Source: a virus (taxonomy: Duplodnaviria > Caudoviricetes). From it: a DNA stretch of 32,264 nucleotides. Shown here in pieces: positions 7,944 to 17,207 of this stretch. A program made the position numbers and the translations under genes. The stretch is taken from positions 1-32,264 of the IMG/VR virus record IMGVR_UViG_3300033076_000292; one strand, 5' to 3'. Position 1 is the stretch's first letter; every line of letters starts with the position of its first letter. Below the pieces are notes generated by a model that saw nothing but the letters and a program-made list of their open reading frames with translations, did no database searches and was not told where the DNA came from.

Positions 7944-9763
7944 TGGCTGATACGTGGGGTTTTGATAATCCACGTGCCGGTGACACGCCCGGCTTTGGCA
8001 CGGGTGGCGGCGGCTCGGTAGGCGGTGGCGGCGGATATGGTGTGGATCGCGGTGGCGGTCTGGCACAGCCTTCTGGTCCGAGCGGCTGGGAATCACAGGG
8101 CCGAGGTTCGAACGTAACGGACGCTCGTCCATTATCTCCTGCTGAATCAGCCAGTGGCCGTGGTCCGGGGGCGGCTGCTTACTATGGTAGTCCCACGATT
8201 ATTCAGGGTGGCGGCGCTGCCCAGATGTATTTCCCTGCGACCGGTGGTCAGATGCCCACGGTCGGAGTACCGCAGGTCAATGTACCGTTCTTTGCTGGCA
8301 TGGGAAGCTATACGGTAAGCCCACAATCCTTGGGTATGCCTTCGATTTTGATGAATCAGTTCCCGTCTCAAGGGACGAATGCGTATTTACCGCAGGCTCC
8401 GGGTCCAATTCGGTCTCCGAATATTGCAACTCCGACGATTGACGTGACACCGGCTGGCACAAATGTGCCGTTCTTTGGCTCAGAACAGGGGATGAAGCAG
8501 ACAGGTGTTCGGCCCTTGGACCTCGGACCTTCGTATGGGTCGAGTTTTGAGAAGTATTCTGACCCAGAAGCTACAAAGGACTACATTTCTCAGCTTGAAA
8601 CGGCGGGAAAGGTACCTCCGAACACTGTTTTGAAGCTTTATGGGGCTGAAAGCGGGTACGGAAACGCAAAAAATGCGTTCAATTTGTCGTCTGGACCCTC
8701 TGGACCGTTCCAATTTGACGCAAAAACGGGTGCTGCCTACGGTTTGGTGGGCGAAGGCTTTGATTATCGGCTTGATTTTGAGAAGTCGGCGGAGGCTGCG
8801 GCCAAGTATGCGAAGGATATCTCAAATTCCTTGGCTCCGACGCTTGGAAGACAGCCGACTGCTGGCGAAATCGGGCTTGGTTACAACCAAGGGATCGCTG
8901 GGGCGAAGGCACTATTGTCAAATCCGAACGCTTCGGCGGCGGAAGCCCTCGCTCCGGCGTACCGTGGCAACATCGATGCGGCTCGTCGTGCGATCATCAA
9001 CAATGGTGGTGATCCTGATGCGCCTGCAAGCCAGTTCACTGGCAAGATGACGTCCTATTATCAAGGTCAGACGACAGAGCCTAAGACTTTGCTGGCTGGT
9101 TTGTCGGATGTGTTTACTGGTGTGGGGCAGACAACTGCTGATTTGGCTAAGGCTGCCCTGTCAGCGCCTGCAAAGTTTGCTGACACGCTTGAGTCGTTGC
9201 TTGTGACACCAGCTCAGGCGAAGGAAGCACCTTTTCCAACCCCTGTCACACGTTCATTCCAAGAAGCTGGGTCTCCTGCTGATTCGTTTATCGGGTCTAT
9301 GGCTGCGGCTCCTGTTGGTCCTGCTGGTAGTTTTGCTGCGCCGGGAGGGCAGCAAACGGCGGCGCAAGCAGCGTCGTCGAGTCCACAGACCTTCGGGGAT
9401 TGGCTTGGCAGTTTGTTTGATACTAGTGGTCGGATTAAGGAGCTTGAAGCGCAAGGACGCACCTCAACCTATCCGACATTCGGGGGCAACAACCCTGAAG
9501 CTGATTGGACTGCTGAAGATGCGAAGCAATGGTATGCGGATCAGTATACCGGAGGCGATGTAAGCAAGGTTAGGTCCCGTATCGTGGACTTTGGTCAGGG
9601 TCCTGTAGTAGATTACTATGCAAAGGATATCGGGGAAAAAATCTTTGGCGACTTAGGTCAAGGTATTGCCTCGTTGTTTGGTGGCAAGTCCGAAAGTTCC
9701 AATAACCGAGAACTTTCTGACGAGGAATACTTCCGTATCTACGGACGTAAAAGAGGAGATTGA
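7943..9763 (+). CDS. Protein with central lytic transglycosylase/lysozyme-fold domain (probable virion ejection protein)
   Basis: AESGYG (catalytic Glu), GPFQF, GAAYGL and LGYNQG in SLT order and spacing, flanked by Gly/Pro/Ala-rich low-complexity arms. Confidence 0.75.
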   Translation: MADTWGFDNPRAGDTPGFGTGGGGSVGGGGGYGVDRGGGLAQPSGPSGWESQGRGSNVTDARPLSPAESASGRGPGAAAYYGSPTIIQGGGAAQMYFPATGGQMPTVGVPQVNVPFFAGMGSYTVSPQSLGMPSILMNQFPSQGTNAYLPQAPGPIRSPNIATPTIDVTPAGTNVPFFGSEQGMKQTGVRPLDLGPSYGSSFEKYSDPEATKDYISQLETAGKVPPNTVLKLYGAESGYGNAKNAFNLSSGPSGPFQFDAKTGAAYGLVGEGFDYRLDFEKSAEAAAKYAKDISNSLAPTLGRQPTAGEIGLGYNQGIAGAKALLSNPNASAAEALAPAYRGNIDAARRAIINNGGDPDAPASQFTGKMTSYYQGQTTEPKTLLAGLSDVFTGVGQTTADLAKAALSAPAKFADTLESLLVTPAQAKEAPFPTPVTRSFQEAGSPADSFIGSMAAAPVGPAGSFAAPGGQQTAAQAASSSPQTFGDWLGSLFDTSGRIKELEAQGRTSTYPTFGGNNPEADWTAEDAKQWYADQYTGGDVSKVRSRIVDFGQGPVVDYYAKDIGEKIFGDLGQGIASLFGGKSESSNNRELSDEEYFRIYGRKRGD

Positions 9764-9764
9764 T

Positions 9765-9959
9765 ATGGCATACCCGATCAAGACGTTCAAAGCGCCTGCA
9801 ACCAAGATCGATAACATGGTTCAAGTTATCGAAGGTCAAGGCAGCGTTCCGTTGAAGCAGATGCAGGAAGTTCCTGTTCCGGCTGCACCATCAAAGGGTG
9901 ACATGAAGGCTCGTGGCTTTGGCGCGATGCTTCGGTCACAGATGTTCAAGGTCCGTTAA
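9765..9959 (+). CDS. Small hypothetical protein (64 aa)
   Basis: RBS GAGGAG before ATG 9765. C-terminal ARGFGA motif. Coupled to the next gene. Confidence 0.75.
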   Translation: MAYPIKTFKAPATKIDNMVQVIEGQGSVPLKQMQEVPVPAAPSKGDMKARGFGAMLRSQMFKVR

Positions 9960-10426
9960 TGGACCCTTTCACTATACTGGCCGGTGCTACGGCGATCTAC
10001 AATGGCCTGAAGTCTGCGGTAAGCGCAGGCGAGGACGTTGTGGACACGGCGCACCGTGTCAGCAATCTCATGTCAGAGGTTGCGAAGGTCGTGCAGCTTG
10101 TCTCGCTGCCACGAAAGAAAAAACTGTTTCAGTCTACTGAAGACTTCGAAGCCGAGGCTATGAAGCTTTACAGCGCCAAGGCTAAGGCCAACCAACTGGC
10201 GTTGGATGCAAAGAATCTGTTTATTTCCCAACATGGGAAAAGTGCTTGGGATTATATCCAGAAACAGGTTGCTGAGATGAAAAAGGAAGCCGCCCGTCAG
10301 GCAAGGTTAGAAGCAGAAGCTATCGAAGAAGCGAAGAAAGATGCAATCTTTTTGGGTAGCATTGTTGGCGGGCTTATTCTTGCTATGGGTTTCATTGGGC
10401 TGATGCTTGTATTGAGGGCGCATTGA
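9959..10426 (+). CDS. Hypothetical helical protein with C-terminal transmembrane segment
   Basis: Coupled start and stop on both sides. Hydrophobic tail AIFLGSIVGGLILAMGFIGLMLVL. Confidence 0.8.
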   Translation: MDPFTILAGATAIYNGLKSAVSAGEDVVDTAHRVSNLMSEVAKVVQLVSLPRKKKLFQSTEDFEAEAMKLYSAKAKANQLALDAKNLFISQHGKSAWDYIQKQVAEMKKEAARQARLEAEAIEEAKKDAIFLGSIVGGLILAMGFIGLMLVLRAH

Positions 10427-10929
10427 TGGACATTCTCAAAACATTTGGACCGTTGATTGGTTCAGTTGCACCCACGATTGCTACCGCTCTTGGTGGACCC
10501 GTTGCTGGCATGGCTGTCAAAGCCCTGTCAGGAGCTTTGTTTGGTCACGAAGATGCAAGCGAAGATGAGATTAAGACTGCACTTGCTAACCCGACAGCAG
10601 ACCAGCTTGCGGCATTGAAAAAGATTGATGCTGATTTCAAAGTCCAGATGAAGGCTTTGGATATTGATCTGGAAAGAATTGCTGCATCGGATCGTGACAG
10701 CGCCCGCAAGATGGCGGTCATGACACATGATTGGACCCCGCGTGTTTTGGCTATTGTCATTGTCATGTCATGGGGGATTGTGCAGTGGTTCTTGTTGCAC
10801 AATGTCATTGAGCCCTCTATGAGGGAACTGATTGCTAGAGTTTTGGGAACTCTGGACGGGGCCTTAATGCTTGTTTTGTCTTACTATTTTGGTTCGGCTC
10901 ACAAGCATACTGACCCTGCGAAACCTTAA
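10426..10929 (+). CDS. Putative holin (3-TM holin type)
   Basis: APTIATALGGP..G N-terminus, DRDSAR motif, two TM helices and YYFGS terminus characteristic of this family. Confidence 0.7.
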   Translation: MDILKTFGPLIGSVAPTIATALGGPVAGMAVKALSGALFGHEDASEDEIKTALANPTADQLAALKKIDADFKVQMKALDIDLERIAASDRDSARKMAVMTHDWTPRVLAIVIVMSWGIVQWFLLHNVIEPSMRELIARVLGTLDGALMLVLSYYFGSAHKHTDPAKP

Positions 10930-10940
10930 AGGAATGGTCC

Positions 10941-11165
10941 GTGGACGGACTTCAGGTTGCTGACAGCACATTGAAATTTATCCGTCAAAGGACGGAAGAG
11001 CTTCGGGTACAGATGACAGAGGGCGCTGTACCGGACTTCCACACTTATCAAAAGCTACGTTCAAGATACGAGGCTTTTGTATCGGTGGAAGAGCATATTC
11101 GCTCTCTGCTAAAACGGAGCATGACTGAAGATGAGTGGACTGATTCTGCCTACACACGTCGCTGA
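10941..11165 (+). CDS. Small helical hypothetical protein upstream of GroES
   Basis: GTG start after AAGGA. Fills the gap between the holin and GroES genes, overlapping the latter by 35 nt. Confidence 0.7.
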   Translation: MDGLQVADSTLKFIRQRTEELRVQMTEGAVPDFHTYQKLRSRYEAFVSVEEHIRSLLKRSMTEDEWTDSAYTRR

Positions 11166-11646
11166 AGCACGTGAAAAGGAAAAGTTGAAAGCCAAAAAGC
11201 CTGAGAAGAAACAAGAAGTTAAGGAAGAAGTTTCATCGGCTATCGATGTCACTGACACCTATGTGAAGGAAGAAGATCGGGTTCTTGACCCAACACGTCT
11301 CCCCACATCTCTCTTGGAACGTATGCCACAGCCGACCGGCTGGCGCATTCTTATCCTCCCATATCGCGGTTCAAAACAGTCAAAGGGCGGAGTTCTTCTG
11401 GCCGATGAAACGATTGAGCGTAATTCTTTGGCGACCGTCGTCGGCTATGTGCTGGCTATGGGTCCTGAGACATACGCTGACAAAGACAAGTTCCCTTCCG
11501 GCCCGTGGTGCAAGAAGGGTGATTGGGTAATGATTGGCCGCTATGCGGGCACAAGGTTTCGGATCGAAGGTGGCGAGGTCCGGATCATCAATGATGATGA
11601 AGTTATTGCTACCATTTTAGACCCCGCTGACGTCTTGCACGTCTAA
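11131..11646 (+). CDS. groES: GroES/Cpn10-like co-chaperonin with charged N-terminal extension
   Basis: PQPTGWRILI, mobile loop SKGGVLL, GYVLAMGP, KGDWV, RYAGT and RIINDDEVIA. Confidence 0.9.
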   Translation: MSGLILPTHVAEAREKEKLKAKKPEKKQEVKEEVSSAIDVTDTYVKEEDRVLDPTRLPTSLLERMPQPTGWRILILPYRGSKQSKGGVLLADETIERNSLATVVGYVLAMGPETYADKDKFPSGPWCKKGDWVMIGRYAGTRFRIEGGEVRIINDDEVIATILDPADVLHV

Positions 11647-11665
11647 GCGCGACATGGAGTGATTC

Positions 11666-12550
11666 ATGCTTGATGAAGAAGATAAAAAAGAAGAAGTCGT
11701 CGAGGACGATGCTCAAAGTACCGAGCAAGAGTCCAAGGAAGAAGAGGTAGAGGCTGCCTCTGGCGGAGAGGTGGAAGCCTCTTCTGATAAGGATTCCGAT
11801 GATGACGAGCTTTCTAGTTATAGCGAAACCGTCAAGAAGCGGATCAATAAGCTGACCTATAAAACAAGGGAAGCTGAGAGACGCGAACAGGAAGCTTTGG
11901 AGTACGCCAAGGCCGTAAAAGCCGAGCTTGATGCGATTAAAAAGCGCGAGCAAAGCCTCAACAAAAGCTTTGAAACTGAAGCTGAGACCCGTTTAAACAC
12001 CCAAGAACAACTATTCCGTGACAAGTTACGGTCGGCTGTTGAACAAGGGGATACTGAGAAGCAGGTCCAGATTCAGGCTGACTTGGTCAAGCTTGAAACT
12101 GAACGGGAACGTCTGCGTAACTATCGCGCATACCGCGTTCAGGAGGAAGAAGCCAAGCCTGAAAAGAACCTCCCACCAGAACCAGCCCCACGTGTTGTTC
12201 CTGACAAGAAGGCACAAGAGTGGGCCGAGCGTAATGCTTGGTTTGGACAGGATCGTGTCATGACATCGGCAGCTTATGCCATCCATGACGAATTGATTTC
12301 CGAAGGGGTAAGCCCCTCTGGTGACATGTACTACAAGGAGTTGGACAAGCGCATGAAGGAAGAGTTCCCGCATAAGTTTGTCCAGAAGAAACCACCAACC
12401 CCAACAGTAGCTTCAGCCCGTCCTTCACAGGTGAAGAAGTCTAGTGGTGACGTCGAATTATCCGAAACGCAAAAAAATATTGCGCGTCGTCTTGGCGTTA
12501 GTTATGATGACTACAAACGGCAACTGAAGCTCGTACAGGAGAGAGCATAA
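11666..12550 (+). CDS. Probable capsid scaffolding protein
   Basis: Acidic N-terminus, long coiled coil (VKKRINKLT), WAERNAWFG and C-terminal IARRLGVS. Positioned before the capsid genes. Confidence 0.75.
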   Translation: MLDEEDKKEEVVEDDAQSTEQESKEEEVEAASGGEVEASSDKDSDDDELSSYSETVKKRINKLTYKTREAERREQEALEYAKAVKAELDAIKKREQSLNKSFETEAETRLNTQEQLFRDKLRSAVEQGDTEKQVQIQADLVKLETERERLRNYRAYRVQEEEAKPEKNLPPEPAPRVVPDKKAQEWAERNAWFGQDRVMTSAAYAIHDELISEGVSPSGDMYYKELDKRMKEEFPHKFVQKKPPTPTVASARPSQVKKSSGDVELSETQKNIARRLGVSYDDYKRQLKLVQERA

Positions 12551-13005
12551 TGACTCGTCCGACACGCGCTGAAGAAACCCGCACCAAGTCTGAACGTCCT
12601 AAAGTTTGGCGGCCTCCGTCAACCTTGGATGCACCTCCTCCTCCGGAGGGTTTTGTTCACCGTTGGATTCGTTACGAAACCAATGGGTTCGATGACCGGA
12701 AAAATATGTCCGCTCGCCTACGCGAAGGCTACGAACTTGTTCGCGCAGATGAATACCCAGAACGGGATGATCTCCCGAGCATTCAAGACGGCAAACATGC
12801 CGGAGTGATTGCAGTTGGTGGTCTGGTTCTGGCGCGTATTCCCAAGGAATTGGTTGAACAACGCAACGCCTATTATCGTCGGATGTCCAGTGATCAAATC
12901 ACTGCCGTGGATAATGATTTGATGCGTGAAAACAACCCTAACATGCCGATTCAGAAACCTGAACGGCAATCCCGTGTCACGTTTGGTGGTCCACGTACCA
13001 CCTGA
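12550..13005 (+). CDS. Conserved head-module hypothetical protein
   Basis: Coupled to the scaffold gene. WRPPSTLDAP..P.GF.HRWIR and REGYELV motifs. Confidence 0.8.
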   Translation: MTRPTRAEETRTKSERPKVWRPPSTLDAPPPPEGFVHRWIRYETNGFDDRKNMSARLREGYELVRADEYPERDDLPSIQDGKHAGVIAVGGLVLARIPKELVEQRNAYYRRMSSDQITAVDNDLMRENNPNMPIQKPERQSRVTFGGPRTT

Positions 13006-13021
13006 ACAAAGGATCTAAGCA

Positions 13022-13639
13022 ATGGCAAATACTAATGCCGCGTTCGGACTTCGTCCGTATCGTATGCTTGGAAGCGGTGTGAACTCAACCGGCGACGTCG
13101 TCTATAACATTCAGACGGCTTCGACGGCTGGTACAGCTAGCGTTATCTATCAGGGCACCCCTGTGATTCCGCTTGCCAATGGCATGATCGACATCGTCGG
13201 CAATGCTAACGGCGGTACTGTTCCGCTTCTCGGCGTTTTCATGGGCTGCAACTACATCGACCTCACGGGCAAGCCCCGTTGGTCGCCGTTCTGGCCCGGC
13301 ACCGCTGCTGTGAAGGCTAACACCCAAGCAACAGCAATGATTGTTTCTGACCCTGATGCAACATTCGCAATTAACTGCGATGCGGCAGCAGCCGACTCGA
13401 TCATCCACGCAAACGCAAACCTTGCCTCGGCAACCTCGGGTTCAACGACCTCTGGTCTTTCCTCGGCACAGCTTGCGGTTTCAACAGTTAACACGACCAA
13501 TACCCTCAATCTCCGCATCCTCGGCTTTGTTGATACGCCGAACGATGCAGATCCTGCGGTTGCTGGCCGTATCGCTGTTGTGCAGCTTAACAACCACTTC
13601 TACCGCTACTGTGCCAACGGCACGGGCGCTGGCGTCTAA
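13022..13639 (+). CDS. Probable capsid decoration/cement protein
   Basis: MAN..AAFGLRP start, LGVFMGC.Y.D, DPD..F and LRILG motifs. Immediately before the major capsid gene. Confidence 0.7.
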   Translation: MANTNAAFGLRPYRMLGSGVNSTGDVVYNIQTASTAGTASVIYQGTPVIPLANGMIDIVGNANGGTVPLLGVFMGCNYIDLTGKPRWSPFWPGTAAVKANTQATAMIVSDPDATFAINCDAAAADSIIHANANLASATSGSTTSGLSSAQLAVSTVNTTNTLNLRILGFVDTPNDADPAVAGRIAVVQLNNHFYRYCANGTGAGV

Positions 13640-13652
13640 GGAGTAATGGACA

Positions 13653-14561
13653 ATGGCAATTACCCGTTCACAACTCCTCAAAGAGCTTGAGCCCGGTCTC
13701 AACGCACTTTTTGGCCTTGAGTACAATCGCTACGACAACGAGCACAAAGAGATCTTCGACGAAGAATCCTCTGAACGTGCGTTCGAAGAAGAAGTGATGC
13801 TCTATGGCTTCGAACAAGCCCCTGTGAAAGGCGAAGGCGCAGCCATCGCTTACGATCAGGCAGGCGAAGCTTTCACGGCTCGCTACACCCATGAGACGAT
13901 TGCTCTTGCATTCGCCATCACGGAAGAAGCTGTGGAAGACAACCTCTACGACAAGTTGTCGGCTCGCTACACCCGCGCTTTGGCCCGTTCAATGTCGAAC
14001 ACCAAGCAGGTTAAGGCTGCCGCTGTTCTCAACAACGCTTTCTCATCGTCCTATGCAGGCGGCGACGGCGTCTCGTTGGTGAACTCAGCTCACCCGACTG
14101 CAATGGGTGGCAACTGGTCGAACACGCTCTCGACGCAAGCTGACCTCAATGAAACCTCGCTTGAGCAGGCTCTCATTGATATCTCCTTGTTCATCGACGA
14201 ACGTGGCCTCAAGGTCGCTCTCCGTGGCATGAAGCTCATCATTCCTCCGCAGCTTCAATTCACTGCACAGCGCCTCTTGAAGTCGGAACAACGCACCGGT
14301 ACTGCGGACAACGATATCAATGCGATCAAGTCTGGTTCGTACCTGCCTGATGGCTATGCGGTTAACCACTTCTTGACCGACCCTGATGCGTGGTTCGTTA
14401 AGACCGATGCTCCGAACGGCTTGAAGCACTTCGTCCGTTCGCCCCTCAAGACCGCTCTTGAAGGCGACTTCGATACCGGCAACGTGCGCTACAAGGCCCG
14501 CGAGCGTTATTCGTTCGGCTGGTCTGACCCGCGTGGTATCTATGGCTCGCAAGGTGCATAA
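13653..14561 (+). CDS. Major capsid protein
   Basis: MAITRSQLLKELEPGLNALFG, AFAITEEAVEDNLY, LIIPPQL and GDFDTGNVRYKARERYSFGWSDPRG. Strong RBS AAGGAG; followed by a terminator. Confidence 0.93.
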   Translation: MAITRSQLLKELEPGLNALFGLEYNRYDNEHKEIFDEESSERAFEEEVMLYGFEQAPVKGEGAAIAYDQAGEAFTARYTHETIALAFAITEEAVEDNLYDKLSARYTRALARSMSNTKQVKAAAVLNNAFSSSYAGGDGVSLVNSAHPTAMGGNWSNTLSTQADLNETSLEQALIDISLFIDERGLKVALRGMKLIIPPQLQFTAQRLLKSEQRTGTADNDINAIKSGSYLPDGYAVNHFLTDPDAWFVKTDAPNGLKHFVRSPLKTALEGDFDTGNVRYKARERYSFGWSDPRGIYGSQGA

Positions 14562-14588
14562 GTTGCACTGACCGTGTCATGACAGATT

Positions 14589-14619
14589 GGGGGCTGGACC
14601 TTGTGTCAGCCCCCTTTTT
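14589..14619 (+). terminator. Rho-independent terminator after the major capsid gene
   Basis: Stem GGGGGCTG/CAGCCCCC, 10-nt loop, T5 tail. Confidence 0.88.
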
Positions 14620-14683
14620 GTTATACAGTTTTTTAGTCCCTGACAGCCATAGTGGCTGACACACCCAATGACAGGAGACCCTA

Positions 14684-15157
14684 ATGGGTACGACGACTTT
14701 CTCCGGTCCAGTACGCGCTGGCCCAATCAAGTTTACAACTGGCACAACCCTCGGCACAGACGTTGCTGACATTGGCGAAGTTGTTCTTTCTCAGTATCAA
14801 GCAATCACGCAAGCTGGTCCTGCTGCTGACGGCGTCTTCACGACAGACATCGTGATTCCGGCAGGCTCGACAATCACAAGCATCCAACTTTATGTTGGCG
14901 TTGTTTGGACCGGCGCAGCTTCGACTCTCGGCATCGGCACGACAGCTTCGGCTACCGCTTTGACAGCAGCAGGTGCGGTTGCTGGCGGCACACTCGGCAT
15001 CATCTCTGCAACAGCAGGTGCGGATGCAACTCGTGTTGGTAACTGGATCAACGTCGGCACGACCGATGTCCGCATCAAGGTTACATCCTCAAACACGGGT
15101 TCTGGCACAGGCTGGCTCGTTGTGAACTATATTCAGCACGGCACATACGTTCCTTAA
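14684..15157 (+). CDS. Probable virion structural protein (MGTTTFSGPV type)
   Basis: RBS AGGAG. Thr/Gly/Ala-rich beta-type sequence. Post-capsid position. Confidence 0.75.
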   Translation: MGTTTFSGPVRAGPIKFTTGTTLGTDVADIGEVVLSQYQAITQAGPAADGVFTTDIVIPAGSTITSIQLYVGVVWTGAASTLGIGTTASATALTAAGAVAGGTLGIISATAGADATRVGNWINVGTTDVRIKVTSSNTGSGTGWLVVNYIQHGTYVP

Positions 15158-15169
15158 TAGGAGGCCGTA

Positions 15170-15571
15170 ATGGCTGATGCTGTAACGTCACAGACGGTTT
15201 ATGACGGCTCACGTAGAGCCGTCATGAAGTTCACAAACATTTCGGACGGCACTGGTGAAAGTGCCGTCACGAAAGTTGATGTCTCAACGCTTGCTCCTTA
15301 CAATGGGAATGCTTGCACGAGCGTTCAAATTCAGAAGATTCATGCGATGACAGACGGCATGGGTGTCAACATCCTTTGGGATGCGACCACCGATGTCTTA
15401 TGCGCGACAGTTCCACAGAACGCATTTTATGGTTATGACTTCGCTCCTTTCAGTGGTCTTACCAATAATGCTGGTACAGGCAAGAACGGTAACGTCTTGT
15501 TTACAACTGTGGGGGCTTCTTCTGGTGACCGCTACACAATCGTTCTTGAGATGATCAAGCACTACGGCTGA
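15170..15571 (+). CDS. Probable virion structural protein
   Basis: RBS AGGAGG; 133 aa; contiguous in the structural operon. Confidence 0.75.
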   Translation: MADAVTSQTVYDGSRRAVMKFTNISDGTGESAVTKVDVSTLAPYNGNACTSVQIQKIHAMTDGMGVNILWDATTDVLCATVPQNAFYGYDFAPFSGLTNNAGTGKNGNVLFTTVGASSGDRYTIVLEMIKHYG

Positions 15572-15580
15572 GAGGCTTAA

Positions 15581-16375
15581 ATGGTAGCCACGCGCCCACC
15601 TGCATCAATATCAAGGGTTGGAACGTATGAGCCGTTCAACCTACAAGTGGCGCGTGGTCAAATCCCGTGGCATCAAAATGTCACTGTGTTTGGGTACAAC
15701 TCTGACGTCGATACATCCGTGGAAACTGTTTGGCCTTATGGTGGTCTTCTTCAATTTCCTGCCACTGCTTTACAGATGAAAGTAAGCTCAGATAACGCTA
15801 ATGATGCAGCAGCGGGAACAGGCGCTAGAACTGTTTATATTGAGGGACTAGACGCTGATCATAATGTGATTAGCGAAACTATATCATTGAACGGTCAAAC
15901 TGCTGTTCTTACAGCAAACTCTTATCTCCATATAAACCGAGCCTACGTTGAGACTGCGGGATCGTTATATAGCGCCGCAGGCAATATTTACTTTGGCACG
16001 GGCGTTGTCACTTTGGGTATTCCGGCAACTGTTTATGACATAATCCAGTACGACTATAACACTAGGGTTACCGGTAGTTACACCATTCCTGCTGGCTATA
16101 CTGGTTATCTAGAACAAGGTCTCTTTTCTTCAGGTCAAACAGGCGGATCAAATGCAGTGACGGGTCGTCTAATGACTCGTGGCACAGACGACATTCGTCG
16201 TACAGTCGCCGTTGTAACACTAAACAATGGCGCGGCAGATTATGCTTTTGAGTACCCAGTTGTAATCCCGGAAAAGACAACGATTGAGGCACAGGCTGTC
16301 GGAGCTTCTACCAATAACGCCTGCTCAAGCATGTTTATCATTGTTCTTATTAAGAATGACGCGGGGACTGCGTGA
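15581..16375 (+). CDS. Probable virion structural protein
   Basis: RBS GAGG. FGYNSDVD...ETVW, SSD.ANDAAAGTGARTV and YTIPAGYTGY; beta-rich. Confidence 0.75.
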   Translation: MVATRPPASISRVGTYEPFNLQVARGQIPWHQNVTVFGYNSDVDTSVETVWPYGGLLQFPATALQMKVSSDNANDAAAGTGARTVYIEGLDADHNVISETISLNGQTAVLTANSYLHINRAYVETAGSLYSAAGNIYFGTGVVTLGIPATVYDIIQYDYNTRVTGSYTIPAGYTGYLEQGLFSSGQTGGSNAVTGRLMTRGTDDIRRTVAVVTLNNGAADYAFEYPVVIPEKTTIEAQAVGASTNNACSSMFIIVLIKNDAGTA

Positions 16376-16659
16376 TGGCTAAAGACATGGGCATCAAAAC
16401 CTCCGTGAAGTCTGGCAATTTCCGCCCCACTAAAAGTGGTGCTGGAATGACGGAAAAAGGCGTTAAAGCCTACCGTCGTGCAAATCCCGGTTCAAAGCTG
16501 AAAACAGCAGTGACCGAGGCTAACCCGTCCGGTGAGAGGGCCAAGCGCCGCAAGTCATTTTGCGCCCGTTCTGCTGGGCAAATGAAGCAGTTTCCAGAAG
16601 CTGCAAAAGATCCTAATAGCCGTCTTCGTCAGGCACGTAAGCGGTGGAGGTGCAAATGA
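16375..16659 (+). CDS. Small basic protein (DUF6321-like, RRKSFCAR motif)
   Basis: GAGMTEKG..AYRRANPGSKLK, RRKSFCAR and DPNSRL...KRWRC. Family name is from recall, not from a search. Confidence 0.75.
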   Translation: MAKDMGIKTSVKSGNFRPTKSGAGMTEKGVKAYRRANPGSKLKTAVTEANPSGERAKRRKSFCARSAGQMKQFPEAAKDPNSRLRQARKRWRCK

Positions 16660-16850
16660 CACATGTCGATGATGGCGTGAAGCATGTATTAGATCTAGCT
16701 TCAATTACTACGGTTGTGGGTGCGTTGATGGGTATCCTTCCTTCTATTGCCGCTATTTTTACAATAGTCTGGACCGGCATTCGCATCTATGAAACCAAGA
16801 CCGTTCAAGATCTCTTGAACAAGAAAGGTGGCGACGATGATGCGCTCTAG
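16656..16850 (+). CDS. Small membrane protein (possible holin/antiholin)
   Basis: ATGA overlap with the previous gene and RBS GGAGG. Hydrophobic core TTVVGALMGILPSIAAIFTIVWTGI, then RIYET. Confidence 0.7.
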   Translation: MTHVDDGVKHVLDLASITTVVGALMGILPSIAAIFTIVWTGIRIYETKTVQDLLNKKGGDDDAL

Positions 16851-17055
16851 CATTGGCAAAACGCTTGCTCAAAACCGCAAGCGTAAAGCACCTGTTGGAT
16901 CGAAAGCCATGCCCGGCGTGAAGGCGATGTCTTCTATGCAAACCAAGATCCCCGGCGGAACTGGCGCTGCAATGAAAAAAGGCGGCCAAGCAAAGAAGCC
17001 CAAGGTCGGAATCGCTATTATGATTGGCTTTGGAAAGAAAAAAGGTGCAAAATGA
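16837..17055 (+). CDS. Small Lys-rich protein
   Basis: RBS AAGG. No acidic residues. MKKGG motif. Confidence 0.7.
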   Translation: MMRSSIGKTLAQNRKRKAPVGSKAMPGVKAMSSMQTKIPGGTGAAMKKGGQAKKPKVGIAIMIGFGKKKGAK

Positions 17056-17207
17056 AGGATGTTTGGGACAAGCCTAGACCAAAGGGTCTCGGTAAGCCAA
17101 AGGCTCTTTCGTCTAAGCAGAAGGCTTCTGCAAAGGCCGCAGCCAAAAAAGCAGGTCGTAAGTATCCTAACCTTGTCGATAACATTCGCGCAGCGAGGAA
17201 GAAATGA
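17052..17207 (+). CDS. Small basic protein, 51 aa (below the ORF-track cut-off)
   Basis: MKDVWDKPRPKGLGKPKALSSKQKASAKAAAKKAGRKYPNLVDNIRAARKK. ATGA overlaps at both ends. Confidence 0.8.
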   Translation: MKDVWDKPRPKGLGKPKALSSKQKASAKAAAKKAGRKYPNLVDNIRAARKK

